Source: the human T2T-CHM13v2.0 reference genome, Homo sapiens. From it: a stretch of DNA of 64,000 bases. The stretch lies in NCBI RefSeq assembly GCF_009914755.1, contig NC_060928.1. One strand, given 5' to 3'. Of the stretch, positions 45,871 to 60,219 are shown one piece after another. Position 1 is the first letter of the stretch. The number at the start of each line of letters is the position of its first letter. A program made the position numbers and the translations under genes. Below the pieces are notes generated by a model. The model was not told where the DNA came from, made no database searches, and saw only the letters and a list, made by a program, of their open reading frames with translations.

Positions 45871-46830
45871 GTGTGTATTAACTATTATTCCTTAGTCATT
45901 ATCTGTGATAAAAACCCTTAACTTTTTTTTTTCTGTAGTGAGAAGATACAGTCGAATCTGCTAGCTGTTGTTTTGCATGAATGTGAGGGATACTTGGATT
46001 TCAGATGACCATTAGATATAAACTATTAAAGTTGAGAAGTTTGTGAGGATTTTAAAATTTTAACTGTTTTCAAAGTTTACTAAAAACTTTTTCTTTGAAT
46101 ATTTTCAAATGGTGTAAAATTAAAGTTTTTGGGTTCCTTAAATTTGTAGAAATTTGAAGAATTTTCTTAGTCTCCTGGACAGTTACTATGTCTGAGAAAC
46201 ATCTACCATATTGTTCTATGAAAGTAACTATGTTTACTTGCACTTGGCGTGCGCATAAAGCAGCAGAGCATGTATTATCTTGGTGGTTATGGTTAGTCAT
46301 AGAATTGTGTAATTCTTTTTGGCATAAGATATTTTGTTCAATGTACCAAAGCCTGTCTTAAGAAATGTATCACTTTACATATGAACTTTTTTTATTTTCT
46401 TAAACTGTAGCTAGTACAACTGTACAATGCAATGTAGTATTCAGATCTGTAAATTCATGTGATAGTGAGGCTTATTTTGGACTTGGAATATATTTTCTGT
46501 TCTTTATGCTTAGCTTTTCTCCATTAAGACATTCTGCTGAACATAATTGCTGGGAAATTGTTGTGTTTCTTGTATTTCTAATTTAAGGGAATCTGAGCAT
46601 GAAGAGTAAAATTCTTAGTGAATTTTATATAGAAACAAGACAAGTAAAAATAGTAGAATATCCAGTGAAAATGTAAATGGCATCTATTGGAAAAAATTTA
46701 ATTAATGCATTTTTAAGCAATCAGAGTAAAAGAGAATTGGATCTTTCAAGCAGATAAAAATAGAATAAAATAGAGCAACCAATATAATATGGTTGCTTAA
46801 ATGGGAAACAGGTTTATTAAGAATAAATCA

Positions 46831-47118
<288 letters not shown>

Positions 47119-47849
47119 GGGTGGGGGTCCAGGGAGAATAAATCAAAATCTTAAGAATTTTTAAAAGTAATTTTATGAATTTCAATCAAAATCATAAGAC
47201 TCGTACATGGAAACCATATTGATTATATTAAAAGTGGCCATCTCTCAGGCTAGATAGAATTGGCAAAACACAAAGGTCTTTAAAAATTTGAAATTGAATA
47301 CTGTCATTGAACAGACCTGTCACGATCACCCTTCAAGTATGAAAGATAGAGTTTAAGGGCAATTGAACCCTGCTGGTTTGAATCATTTGAAGTTGGAAAT
47401 AACTCTTTATGGGAAAAAGTTACCGTAATAAACTCTGAAAGAAAAGGAATTTTTTAGCATTTTGTTAATAACTGCAGAATGCAGCCAGAGTAAAATGTTC
47501 CCCTTTAAATGTTGTTAAACCAGCAACAGAAATCTCTCATCATCACTTAAATCTAATGATTCAAGATAATGGTTTATTTTTTATATGTTTTAAAAGTTAG
47601 TACTATATAATTAGAATTCTATTTATATATAAATTAAGGTTACTTTGTTAAATGTTTTCATTATTTTAAGGTTCCAGTAGGCAACAAAACAAACATAATT
47701 TACTAACAGTGTTTTTATTTTATATGACTCTAACTTGTACATTTTGACCAAAAGTCATGGTAGAAATTTGGGTTTCAAATCGCTGTTGCTTCTTCAGCTG
47801 CACTGATCAGTTGTGTTCACTAATTTTTGTATTGTTGGGCTATTAACAG

Positions 47850-47932
47850 TTCGCATGGACTCATGTCACTTTACTGATAACTGTCACTCAGTCACACCTT
47901 GTCATCCAAAATCTGTTTGAAGGCATGATATG
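47850..47932 (+). CDS. CDS1: CDS1 exon 7 (83 nt): FAWTHVTLLITVTQSHLVIQNLFEGMI(W)
   Basis: attaacag|TTCGCA ... ATATG|gtaagg. Confidence 0.95.
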
Positions 47933-49256
47933 GTAAGGCAACAGAATTATGCTGCTTTATAAGTATGTCATAGCACTTTTATAGTTCTTTAACGTTGGAT
48001 AGTGTCTTACAGATTTCTACTAAAATGTACTGTTTGTTGTTCTTATATTCCATTAAACTATCTTACTGAGTTTTGCTTACTCTTTGACAACTAAAGACAA
48101 AATGCTTCATTAACAACTGGATACCATTCTTATTCAAGTTCCAAATATAGGAAGTTCCCATAAAAGACCCAAAAAATTAATTACATTTTCAGGTGTTAAT
48201 AAATCCTAGTGTAACTTTTCACAAAAGACAGACTTTAAATATAATATTTATTAAGATATTATTTACATAGAATGCAAAAAAATATAAAACTTTGCCTACT
48301 AGTAACTACTGTGAAGAAATGCATGTTTTTCTAGGTGAAAGTTGGGTAGGTTTTCTACTTTGCTCCTGTGTAGGAGTGGGTTTCCAGATTGTAGAAGTTA
48401 ATTGCTCTATGGCAGTGGCTTGCATATTCAGAAAGCATTTTTGTTAGGTAAAAATTATAAAACTTATTACTTAAAAATTAGTTGGAATGGAGAAAAAGCT
48501 TAAGATTAAAAAAAAATCTGACTGTATTTTTCCCCCACTCATTTAAAACTCATTAATTAAAATCTTTTACAGTTGATGGGTTTTGTCAAGATAAATTGTA
48601 TTCCCTTGACAGCTTTATGTCTTTTTACCAAGGGTGTGGTTGTGTCTTTGTGTGTGTGTGTCTCTGTGTGTATGTGCGTGTGTAAAGTAATTGGAATCAT
48701 TTTAAGATTGTCTTTCATGTATTGTACAGACTTTTCATTGATGGGGCAGTTACTGAAGTAAGTAGGTTCTGTACATTCAGTAGGGTTTACTGAAATCATA
48801 AGCTAAGATAGAATTAAAATTAATAATTGAGAATATGTATTAAGAGCTTGATATAAATTTATCAGATTATGTTCTGTCTAAAGAAATGACTCATTTTCAT
48901 ATTAAAAGGCTGGTTTTCTTAAGATTAGCTTTCAGTCTGCCTTTTATTTTTTATTGTAACATGTTCCTCATAAAACTAAAATGAAAACATCCATAACTGT
49001 AGAAATCAATAATTTAATATTTTCCTAGCATGCTAGTTTATTTTTAGATTTTGCTCTGTTTAAATTGGTAAGTGGGCAAATTTGGTTGATATTTATCATT
49101 TCTACTGTTTTGGCAAGTGTTATGTTCTGGGTAGGCTGCAGTGCAATCCAAAGGGTTATTCTGATGGTTCATTATGAATCATAACCTTTCCGAATATCTG
49201 CCACTTACTCAGGTGAACTTTTTTCTGCTGACTTTTTTTTTTTTTTTTAAAAACAG

Positions 49257-49344
49257 GTTCCTTGTTCCAATATCAAGTGTTATCTGCAATGACATAACTG
49301 CTTACCTTTTTGGATTTTTTTTTGGGAGAACTCCATTAATTAAG
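49257..49344 (+). CDS. CDS1: CDS1 exon 8 (88 nt): [29 protein letters not shown]
   Basis: T16-aaaaacag|GTTC ... ATTAAG|gtaatg; conserved ND-x-x-AY-x-x-G motif. Confidence 0.96.
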
Positions 49345-49566
49345 GTAATGGAAAAATTTTATAAGCAAGCCACTATGTAACCTTAAAGATTAGCCACTGG
49401 AGAACATTTCCAACAACTGTGCTGTTGTGCATTTTTTATTTTTGAGGTGCTTTGATTTTCCTTAGCTGCATGGTGCAGAAGCAGCAAACCATATTTCTCA
49501 GTACTTCCATCTGGGTTCTTCATCAGCTCTTCTGTTGGCTCCTCAGGAAGGGCATGACTCCATCAG

Positions 49567-49567
49567 T

Positions 49568-49621
<54 letters not shown>

Positions 49622-49706
49622 TCCTTCCTTCCTTCCTTCCTTCCTTCCTTCCTTCCTTCCTTCCTTCCTTCCTTCCCTCCTTCCCTCCCTCCCTCCCTCC
49701 CTCCCT
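49567..49706. repeat. Compound tetranucleotide repeat (CCTG)12(CCTT)14(CCCT)n
   Basis: Counted directly. Confidence 0.95.
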
Positions 49707-49744
49707 TTTCATCTTCATTTTATCTTTATGTGGTTTCTTTTCTT

Positions 49745-50040
49745 TCCTTTTTTTTTTTGAAGATGGGGTCTTGCTTTGCCACCCAGGCTGGAGTACAGTG
49801 GTGCTACCATGGCTCACTGCAGCTTCCACCTCCCAGGCTCTAGCAATCTTCCCACCTCAGCCTCCCGAGTAGCTGGGGCTTCAGGTGCATGCCACCACAC
49901 CCGGCTAATTTTTGTATTTTTGGTAGAGACAGAGTCTTGCCATGTTGTTCAGGCTTGTCCCAAACTCCTAGGCTCAAGCAGTCTGCCCATTTCAGCCTCC
50001 CAAAGTACTGGGATTAAAGGCGTGAGCCACCGCCCCTGGG
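49745..50040 (-). mobile_element. AluJ
   Basis: Full dimer. Confidence 0.88.
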
Positions 50041-50499
50041 CTCTGTGGTTTTTTCTCTCGGCCATTGGTGCAGTTCTTCTTTATCCTCCTTTCCAGCAAG
50101 CCTATACACAAGCCTTTTCCTTGACTCTCCTCTCCCTTCAACCTGTCGCCTTACCTGTCCCCTCCTTTACCAAACTTTCTCAAAGAAGAGATTATATAAT
50201 ACACCTTCACATCCTCATATCCATTTGTGTGACTTTTCATATCCAAACTCATACCAAAAGAAGATTTTGGGGCCCTACAATAAAATACTAATAAAATACA
50301 AGTAATAATGAAAGGGAAAGGAAAATACACATGAGTAGACCATGTTGTTTTGCTATAGAATTGGTTCTATTTATGGGCAATGGTAAAGAAGGAAATGAAC
50401 TAAATTACATAGTTCTCATTTGGGAGAAGAAATAAACTAATTCTTCATGGAAATCAAATCATTTTCTAGAACTGATTTCTTCTAAAAGAGCTCTTCTTT

Positions 50500-50876
<377 letters not shown>

Positions 50877-51273
50877 TAATAATGTTCTCACAGACATATT
50901 ATTACCTGGCTGTTTTGATATTGTTATATGAATGCAGTTTTGGAAGGACTGAGACAATTGTTCAGATATAAAGCCTTCTGTTTGTTCAGAGTGGTATGAG
51001 GGTAGTTTAGTATTACCAGAGGAATTTGTGGACTGCCTGTTCTTCCAAAAACCTCTGTAAACTCTTCCCCTCTTGGGGAGGAGCTCACAGAGAGCACCTG
51101 CTGAAAGCATCAGCACACAGAGAGTGTTGGGCTGAGCTGTATAAGGATACTGGTAAGCAAGCTGTATATTTTTAAAACGTTTCTAAAGCTGCTCCAGAGT
51201 TTCTAAAGCTTGAATACATGATTTACGTATTCAAGAGTTCTACCCAGACTGAGAAGTTTTCGGCTTGGGAAGC

Positions 51274-51634
51274 TGTATTAGTTCATTCTCACACTGCTAT
51301 AAAGAAATGCCAGAGCTTTAATTGGCTTATGGTTCTGCAAGCTGTACAGGAAGCATGGCTGGGGAGGCCTCAGGAAACTTATGATCTTGGCGGAAGGGGA
51401 AGCAGGCACATCTTATATGGTCAGAGCAGGAGGAAGAGGGAGAGTGAGGAGGTGCCACAGACTTTTCAACAACCAGATATCATGAGAACTCATGGGACAG
51501 CAATAGGGGGATGGTGCTTAACCATTAGAAACCCCCTCCCTGACCCAGTCACTTCCCACCAGGCCCCACCTCCGACACTGAGGATTACAAGTGGACGTGA
51601 CATTTGGGTGGAGACACAGATCCAAACCATATCA
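51274..51634 (-). mobile_element. MSTA-like MaLR solo LTR
   Basis: tgtattagtt ... aaaccatatca; perfect 5-bp TSD GAAGC. Confidence 0.9.
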
Positions 51635-52824
51635 GAAGCCTTCAAAAAGGCTGTTATAGCTGTGGAAGAATATTAGCAACTGATTTTGAACACAGCCTTC
51701 TAGTGAATTTATCAGGCTGGATTAATTGTATAATATACTTAGATAATTGAACAGTTAACCCCTAAATCGATATGATATGCATCAATTTAATTTGATAAGC
51801 TATCTTTACAATAATCAGCAGGCACTTTTGAATTTGAGTCTGCTCCTACTTCATGGCAGTGATAGTGAATTACCCTAGGAGAAGGTGTGTCTGTCCCTTC
51901 TCTGTGGCAGAATTGTTATCAGATTTGTCAAGAAACCATTTCTGCCAACTGTTTTGGTTTGGGGCTTTATGAATATCAGGACAAGAAGTCTATGAAGAGC
52001 TCCTATAGGTTAACCCATAACCCATTTTAATACTTCAGAGACTTTATTCTGATATTTGGTTTCTGTCCCTCATTAATGACCTGATGACCAAATCCTCCCA
52101 CACATCACAGTCTTTATCTCCCCTGAGCAACAACTTTCACTTTTTGCTCCTGAATCTTTTCCTCCTGCCCCAACACCACTAACTTCTAGATTTTTTTCCA
52201 GATTTCTTTCCATGAATGGTCCATTGACTGGGCAGCAATAGCCTGAATCCAACACAAACAATATCTCTTCTTTGAAGTGCAGCATGTTCCTTTCTTCTTG
52301 GAAATGGACATAGATTGTGAAAAAAGAGAGGATATGTCAATACTTGAGCAAATACAGTATCTGGGGCTCTGGAGTATTTTGCCATATCAGAAGGAAGTCT
52401 GTGTGTATATAGCATATTAGGAATATGTGAAAATTATATGTGCTAAAATGTCCATGTTTTGTTGTACTGATTCTATTTTTGGCCAATAGCAGGTCAATAC
52501 TGACTGTGTGTACTTGGAATGAATACGTCTCATTCTTATTCCAAGAACTTACACCAACTATTATCAGGTTTTATATTAGCATAAGAGTCATGGGACAGTT
52601 ATTTTAGTATAGAGTTTATACTCTTTTGAGAGACAGAACAAATTTAGACCATTTAACATGAACAAACACATATTCACAGCATTTCAAATATTTGAGGGCC
52701 TACTATGTGTTTAAATATTATTAGAGAGATTTTCACTAGTAAATCAAGATCAGAGAAAAGGAAAAAGGGTTTTGAACTATTCCAATAAGAGAAAAAGTAA
52801 GGAGAGATGTACAAGTTATTGAGG

Positions 52825-52855
<31 letters not shown>

Positions 52856-52908
52856 TGTGAGTTTTGTGAGTGCAGTAAAGCTTTTTAATTTTATTTGCCC
52901 TTTTTTAG

Positions 52909-52977
52909 TTGTCTCCTAAAAAGACTTGGGAAGGATTCATTGGTGGTTTCTTTTCCACAGTTGTGTTTGGATTCATT
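52909..52977 (+). CDS. CDS1: CDS1 exon 9 (69 nt): [23 protein letters not shown]
   Basis: ttttttag|TTGTCT ... TTCATT|gtgagt; conserved SPKKTWEG motif of the CDS/CdsA family. Confidence 0.97.
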
Positions 52978-54822
52978 GTGAGTATTACTAAGATTTTTAT
53001 TTTGTATACATTTCGAAATATGATACCAAGCTTACTGGTCTAATTTTAAACCTAGAAAAATTAAACCACAAAATGCTAATAATATATTTATTGAAACCTA
53101 CTGAAAAGAACCAGTTCTGTACCTCAGCAGCCCTTATCCTGGCTACATATAGAATCACCTGAGAAGCTTAAACAAAATCTATGTCTCAGCCTTATCCCAG
53201 GCCAGTTAACACCCCCAGGTAATTCTAATGGCCATCCATGCTGTCTTGCTGACTTGCTGACTTACTGTTGTGCTGTTGTGTTTGGTAGTTTCTAACAGCT
53301 ATTCTGCCTTAGGCGGGGCACAAGTACTGGGACAGGTGGTGGCCTTGTGTAATAGCAGAGGATGCAAATACTATTGAAAAGCTCTGCCTTCTTAAACACA
53401 TGGTGGCCACTTGGCTCAGTGGGTGGTTACTGTTGTGGGCCCAACTTGCAGAAACAGTCTAACTATAAACTATTAATGTTTGCTTTTAGCATGTTAAATA
53501 GCTATTTTTCATGTTTTACAAATTAGTTTACAGTTATAGGATTTAGATTTTTATTAAAAGGTGTCTAGTGAGAATGAGAGTATAGTACCATAGCTGGATA
53601 TAAGATAAATGTACAAAAAAGTACTGTCAGGAAGCTTTACTTTTCCTAGTTTCTGACAGTTGTGGTTACATTCTGTATCCAAATCTAGAGTACCTAGTAA
53701 CAACATGAAGCCTGGAGAGAGTGAATATACAAATAAATGGAAATATGCCATGATCCTGGAAACCACCAGAATTCCTCTATTTAATTTATAAATTTAGTTC
53801 ATTTGCAATGAAAATTTTAATAAAATGTGATAAAATTATTCCAGTGTTTTTGTGGTAGAATATTGATGAGATAATAATGGACAGATAGAAGAATGCAAAA
53901 GGATCCAATCTCATCCAATGTTTTTACATTACAAAGCGAGAATAATTAAACATTATGAAGCTAAATAGTGTAAGAATTTGTTATTATCAAAGACTAACTT
54001 GAAAATACCACAGGAATAGCCATATCATTGGAAGAAAAGTAGGAGCTACCCCATAAGCATGTAATGCATGACAAAATAATGAGGAAGGAAATTCCACATC
54101 TATATGAAATTATATATATATAATATATATAATAATATGTAATATATATAATATATATTTTATATATATAAAATAAACTGGTTGTTTGGAAGCAAAATCA
54201 GTTTATATTCATTCCTAGTGTCTTGAATTTCTATTACTCATTCTCGAGCAGAATAATAGGGTGAATGGCTGCAAGAAAAGGAGAATAAGCTGTTGTCTAG
54301 CAATTTAAATTTATAACAGGATATCTTATTTTATGTATCTTATTTCCAAGGCTGTGGACAGCTAGTTTTAAAAATTGCAATGGTGTGGCCAGGGAAAGAA
54401 TAATTTAGTCAAAGTTTTCTGGGTTGGCTAAGAACAATGGTGTTTTTAACCTGTACTATTTTGTACTATTTTATTGTAATTTTGAATTACTGGTTAATTA
54501 TTAACTGATGAAATTAATAGAAGCTTGTGTGCAGTATACTTCAGTTCTTTATTCTCCTGTACCGTATAATTGTGATTATGCAGAGATTACAATCTTATTG
54601 ATTTCAAAAAAACTTTTTTTTTCTAAAGGTCTTTTAAGTCTTTTACTAGGATAATTATGACCATTTAACTTTGAAAATACATAGCAAAATATTAAGACAA
54701 AGAAATTCTGGCATTCTATCTCTGGCCTTTCTGATGTATAACTTAAAAGATATATGTTTAGTCAATGTGTTATGAACTTTTGCTTTGTTTTTTGTTTTGT
54801 TTTGTTTTGTTTTTAATATCAG

Positions 54823-54975
54823 GCTGCCTATGTGTTATCCAAATACCAGTACTTTGTCTGCCCAGTGGAATACCGAAGTGATGTAAACTCCTTCGTGACA
54901 GAATGTGAGCCCTCAGAACTTTTCCAGCTTCAGACTTACTCACTTCCACCCTTTCTAAAGGCAGTCTTGAGACAG
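54823..54975 (+). CDS. CDS1: CDS1 exon 10 (153 nt): AAYVLSKYQYFVCPVEYRSDVNSFVTECEPSELFQLQTYSLPPFLKAVLRQ
   Basis: aatatcag|GCTGCC ... AGACAG|gtacag. Confidence 0.95.
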
Positions 54976-55036
54976 GTACAGTAAAAGTTCAAGATAAACA
55001 TGGTTAGAGATCTTCCACTCTGAAGATTAAGCTTCC

Positions 55037-55350
55037 TTTATTATTTATTTATTTATTTAATTAATTTATTGTTGTTTTGAGACAGAGTTTCCCTCTGTTG
55101 CCCAGGCTGGAGTGTAGTGGCGTAATCTCAACTTACTGCAACCTTTGCTCAAGTGATTCTTAGGCCTCAGCCTCCTGAGTAGCTGGGATTACAGGCGCTC
55201 GCCACCACATCTCGCTAAATTTTGTATTTTAAGTAGAGACGGGTGTTGCTATGTTGGCCAATCTGGTCTCAAACTCCTGGTCTCAAGTGATCCGCCTGCT
55301 TCGGCTTCCCAAGGTGCTGGGATTACAAGCATGAGCCATTGTGCCTGGCC
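55037..55350 (-). mobile_element. AluS with a small internal deletion
   Basis: Flanking tgaagattaa repeats. Confidence 0.88.
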
Positions 55351-56030
55351 TGAAGATTAATTAAGCTTTCTTTAAAAGTGGGATTCAGATTTGTACAAGA
55401 AACTGATTTCTGTAGAATTTTTAATTCTTTGATATACCAGTGGTTTTAGTGTTAGCTTAAATCAAATGGATGAGAACGGGTTACAAATCAAATGGATCAA
55501 ATGGTTTAGAATGTGTTTCTCATATCACTGACATCAGTTGACACAATTTAAAACTTAAAATTCACCAGTTTACCGAGTCCTTGATTTTTAGAGGACATTT
55601 ATTATGGACAGAAAGTTGCTGCTTCTACAAATCAGTTTTCCTTCCAAATACAGTGCCTTCCTTGAAAGGTATCTTGGAGGCCTTACACTAGAGGATGTTG
55701 ACATGCCCTCCAGTGGAACCCTCCTGATCTGTGTCATCAGGTCTGGTGAGTGGCTGGTTAAAGTGAGGAATCAAATAATAGCATGTATGTCTGTATCTTT
55801 GTGTGCACACATGTACAGCTTTGTATCTGAATCATTTTACATAAAATCCATAATTTTTGAGGAGTAGCTTAACAAATTATTTCTCTCTGAGTGCTCAGTA
55901 CATGGTTTCCAAGAACTTTTTCAATGTCCAAGCCATCTGTTACCTGCTATAAAACTTTTTATACTGCTAGTGTTTGATTAGGAGCAAGGCTATTTATTGC
56001 TTTGAGAACAGGTCAAAAAATGGATGTCTC

Positions 56031-56328
<298 letters not shown>

Positions 56329-57008
56329 ATTGGTGCCTCAGACATCTTTCTTCAACCAAAATGGGTGCATTTTGCACTGTCTATAAATTGTAGTTTCAGA
56401 TTATTTAAAAAGGAGCAAGAACTACAAATTTGCAAAATAATTTGACTACAAAATTCTTCTCAGCCTTTATGATTGTCTCCCCAAATCTTTAGTGATTGTC
56501 TCACTGATGCTCATTTTGATAATAATCTTTAAGCAACTTATTTTTGTGTTTTTCCACAGCATTCATCTTAATTTTAGAGAAAAGTCCAACTTTTCCCTTA
56601 TTTTATCATATAAAATTAAGGTGAAATAAAATACAATATTAAATTATATAATTACAGCAACAAAGCATTACTAGTTTAAAAAAATTTGGAAAATAACACA
56701 GCTGATTCTTTGTAAGAAGTAAAGTTCCTAGACAACCTGGAAGGTAGACTACCACGCTGCAAGATTTCAGTGTGCCAGTTGCCTGTCATTATTCTTACAG
56801 AGAGAAGGGAAATTGCTGGCTAAGTAGAGGATGGTACAGAAGGCTTAAATAGACTTTTCTTCCTTGATCCTTAAAGTTTGAAAAATTAACAAAAATGTGG
56901 TGCGTGCTTTGACTTACTATTTACACAATGGTTCTTAGATCAGGTGGTATGCTCAAATACAATTTCAGTGAAATTAGCCCCTCTCCTCCCCTTCTTTCTC
57001 CTCTTTAG

Positions 57009-57128
57009 GAAAGAGTGAGCTTGTACCCTTTCCAGATCCACAGCATTGCACTGTCAACCTTTGCATCTTTAATTGGCCCATTTGGAGGCTTCTTTGCTAG
57101 TGGATTCAAAAGAGCCTTCAAAATCAAG
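57009..57128 (+). CDS. CDS1: CDS1 exon 11 (120 nt): [40 protein letters not shown]
   Basis: ctctttag|GAAAGA ... ATCAAG|gtgtgt; first half of the catalytic signature. Confidence 0.97.
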
Positions 57129-57527
57129 GTGTGTGTTTAGATTCTTTGTTATATTATTAGAGAATATAATTAGAGAATGTAACCTAGTTGGAATTTGGTC
57201 CGCTCATGATCTACATTAAGCCCCTAGGCCACAACTTTTATATCCTATTTGTTTCGACCCCACAGAAATGCTGCCACGTTGATCTGAATGTATTCTTTCT
57301 TTTTAGGTTTGTCATACCATGTTAATACATTTTAAGTGTCATGTCAGCTTCCTTTATAGACATGGCATGTGTCCTTTAGTGTTGGAATAGACCCAGAATC
57401 TTGGTCTTTCAAGTGCTCACCCAAGAATCCAGCCGTGAATCATCTAAAGTTTAGTGTTTTACTACAGTCTCACTTGAAGGGACATGCAGAAGAACCTTTG
57501 GCTATGTAACTGTCCATTCTGCTAAGT

Positions 57528-57755
57528 CAGGTGTCATCACACTCTTTCTGTAAAGGGCAAACAATACATTTATTAGGATGTGCAGACCATATATTCTATC
57601 AAAGCTTCTCAACCCTGAACCCTGCTGTTACAGTGAGAAAGCCCCCCGTGGACAATATGTCAATGAATGGGCATGGCTGGATTTAATAAAACTTTATTTA
57701 TAAAAATAGGTTGTGGCCTGGATCTGATCTGTGGGACATACTTTTCTGACCCCTG
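57528..57755 (+). mobile_element. MER58A-like hAT MITE; a related fragment at ~30455-30640
   Basis: tttctgtaaagggc ... aataaaactttattta ... gacccctg. Confidence 0.8.
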
Positions 57756-59206
57756 TTCCAGAGACCTAAAATTATCCCTGTGTATTAGGTTAGATCATCA
57801 TAAAGTGACATGTTATCTCAGCAATTTCATCTCAGCTTCCCTCACATGGCTGAGGCACCATCTGGGGTTAGAAAGTGGCTATGGAAGTTGGGGTGGTCAG
57901 GGAAAGCCTTTCTGAGGAGGTGGCACTTAAGTAGAGATTTGAGAAAAGAACTCCTCCAGAGAAAACTAAGAAGAGAGTTCCAGAGTGTACAGAGGAGTGG
58001 AAGAGGTTAATTAGCCTGTTAGAAGGTGAGCAAGAACAGTGTGGCTGTGGTTGAGAGTAGGAGATGAGACCGCAGAGTTTGGTGGGACCAGATCACACGC
58101 GGCCTACGGGGTCAGGGAATAAGTGAACTCAGCGAGCATTTGCCAGTGGGAAGCTACTATGTAAGGTGCAATGCAGTATACAAAAATATACAAGATGTTG
58201 TTCCTGTTCTAAAGATGCTCACCACCTACTAGGGCAGACAATACACTTCCCCAGAGAACTACAGCAACAGCTGTGCAGGATAAGTATCTTGCGAAGGCTG
58301 TAATAGCAGAGTGGCATTGAGTTACTGTGGCTCTTTTATGCTTTGACTAGTAAGGAAGAGAAAGAGAGAAATGGGTTGGCAAAAATTAACCAAAGACTTT
58401 TTCAGTAATTATTTTAAAAAGAAAAATGTTATATTTAGAATGGTATTTTCTTTAATGGTCTCCAATCCAAGATTTTTTGTTAAATGGTGAGTTTTTTTTG
58501 CATGTTGGAAACCAAACAGCTATTGCTGTTGTAGTTTAGATATTTTTAGGGTGCCTGAGTGAACTAGAAGAGCAGTTAGTCATGTCCATTTCCTGGGCAC
58601 CCAGACATGTGAATCTACCTGTAAAGGGTCAGTTTGCAGAGGCTTACTACCATTCCCTCAGTGTGGCCATTTAATGGACTAATGTGTCCCATATGGGCTC
58701 ACTGTAATTTTATTTTTTACTCTAACACTTAAAAAAAGAAGAAGAAATGTTTATCATAGTAGTAAAATGTTTATTTCAGAGTAAGAACTATTAGGATAAA
58801 CAAGTTAGAACCAGTTGTACATCTTTTAGCAGCACTAAAATAGCTCCCCAAACAGCTTGTGGTTAAAAAGAAAGCTAGGCTGTAACAAAATTAGATTAGT
58901 AATAGCTAAGATAATTTTTATTTAGAAAAAGTTTTATTAACGAAAAAAAGTAAGTGCTAGATTTAATTAACGTTTGATGAATGAATGCTGTGGGTCAATT
59001 CAGAAATCATTCTAAAAGAAGCATGTATTTGGAAGATGTGGTTTTAATCTGCTGGATGTGTTCTAATAAGTTTTTATTTAGTGAAAAAAATCCAATAGTA
59101 ATGTATTTTCGTTAGAGTGAGTCCATGACGCCAAAGAGACACAGATAGGAATTTTATAGCAGGTGATTTTTTGAAAATTTGCTAATATATTTGTTTGTTT
59201 CTAAAG

Positions 59207-59310
59207 GATTTTGCAAATACCATTCCTGGACATGGTGGGATAATGGACAGATTTGATTGTCAGTATTTGATGGCAACTTTTGTACATGTGTACATCACAA
59301 GTTTTATAAG
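59207..59310 (+). CDS. CDS1: CDS1 exon 12 (104 nt): [34 protein letters not shown](R)
   Basis: ttctaaag|GATTTT ... TATAAG|gtactt; PGHGG-x-x-DRFD motif. Confidence 0.97.
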
Positions 59311-60219
59311 GTACTTTTACACTTGAGACATTTTTTAGATGATTTCTTTGAGTTCTCATTTCCATCAACATTAGTTTGAGTAAGTTAACTTTTTCCGTCA
59401 ATGGTAATCTACAATATTAAAGTGAATGGTGGCCCCTGGAATTAGAGTCTTGAGCAAGATGGTTAACTTGTAATTGTTTTACCTACATTTGAACAACTTA
59501 AAAAAAGATAGTATTTGTCATGGTCCTGGACCACATTGAAGACCCAATTAATGTGGATGGTATAGGATTTGAAACTTGAGGAGATTTGATTTCTCAACTG
59601 TGGGCATTGCAATGATCATGAATACTAAGAGTTAAAAAGGGAGATAACGAAATGCATCCAGTCTACCAATTATTACTTGAGTGCCTGCCATATTGTAGAA
59701 TGTTCTAGGGACAAATATGGCAGAGAACAAAACAAACCAAATCTCTGCCTCCATAGCTACTTGTTTGGAAGTTGAAGAAAGAATGATGAGAAAGAGACAA
59801 TAAACAAATAAATATAGTTTGTTAGATGGTTGTAAGTGTCACACAGAAAAATAAAGCAGGCCGAGGGGATCATGCCTGTGTGTGTAGGGGCTGGCTGGTG
59901 GATGGGTGGATGAATATTGCCATTTTAGAAAGGGTGGTTTATTCTTGTTATTAAACCTTAATGTTTTGGATCTGCCTTGAAATACCAGTGTGAGTGTGAA
60001 GGCTTAACATCAACTGCATGTTAACTTTATTTTCTGTGGTCTCTACTGGGGGCCCAGAAGGCAGAATGCTTATTAATAGTACCTGAGCTGTAGAAAACAT
60101 GGATTTCCTTCATAGTACTTGGAAGGAAATTCATATTTAGCAATCCCTAAATACACATTTTAAATATGTACCACAGTAGTGTGAGAATTTTTATATTAAC
60201 TATTTTTGAGAGACAGTCC

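Noticed and set aside
49452-50291. Repetitive ORFs (LPAC/LPSF and GRKE repeats; 171 aa)
   Set aside because: Translations of the tetranucleotide repeat and the adjacent Alu
51218-51676. 152-aa ORF
   Set aside because: Lies mostly in an MSTA LTR and has no protein-like features
54108-54172. AT-only quasi-palindromic tract; also (TA)n at ~13401 and ~52834
   Set aside because: Ordinary low-complexity microsatellites
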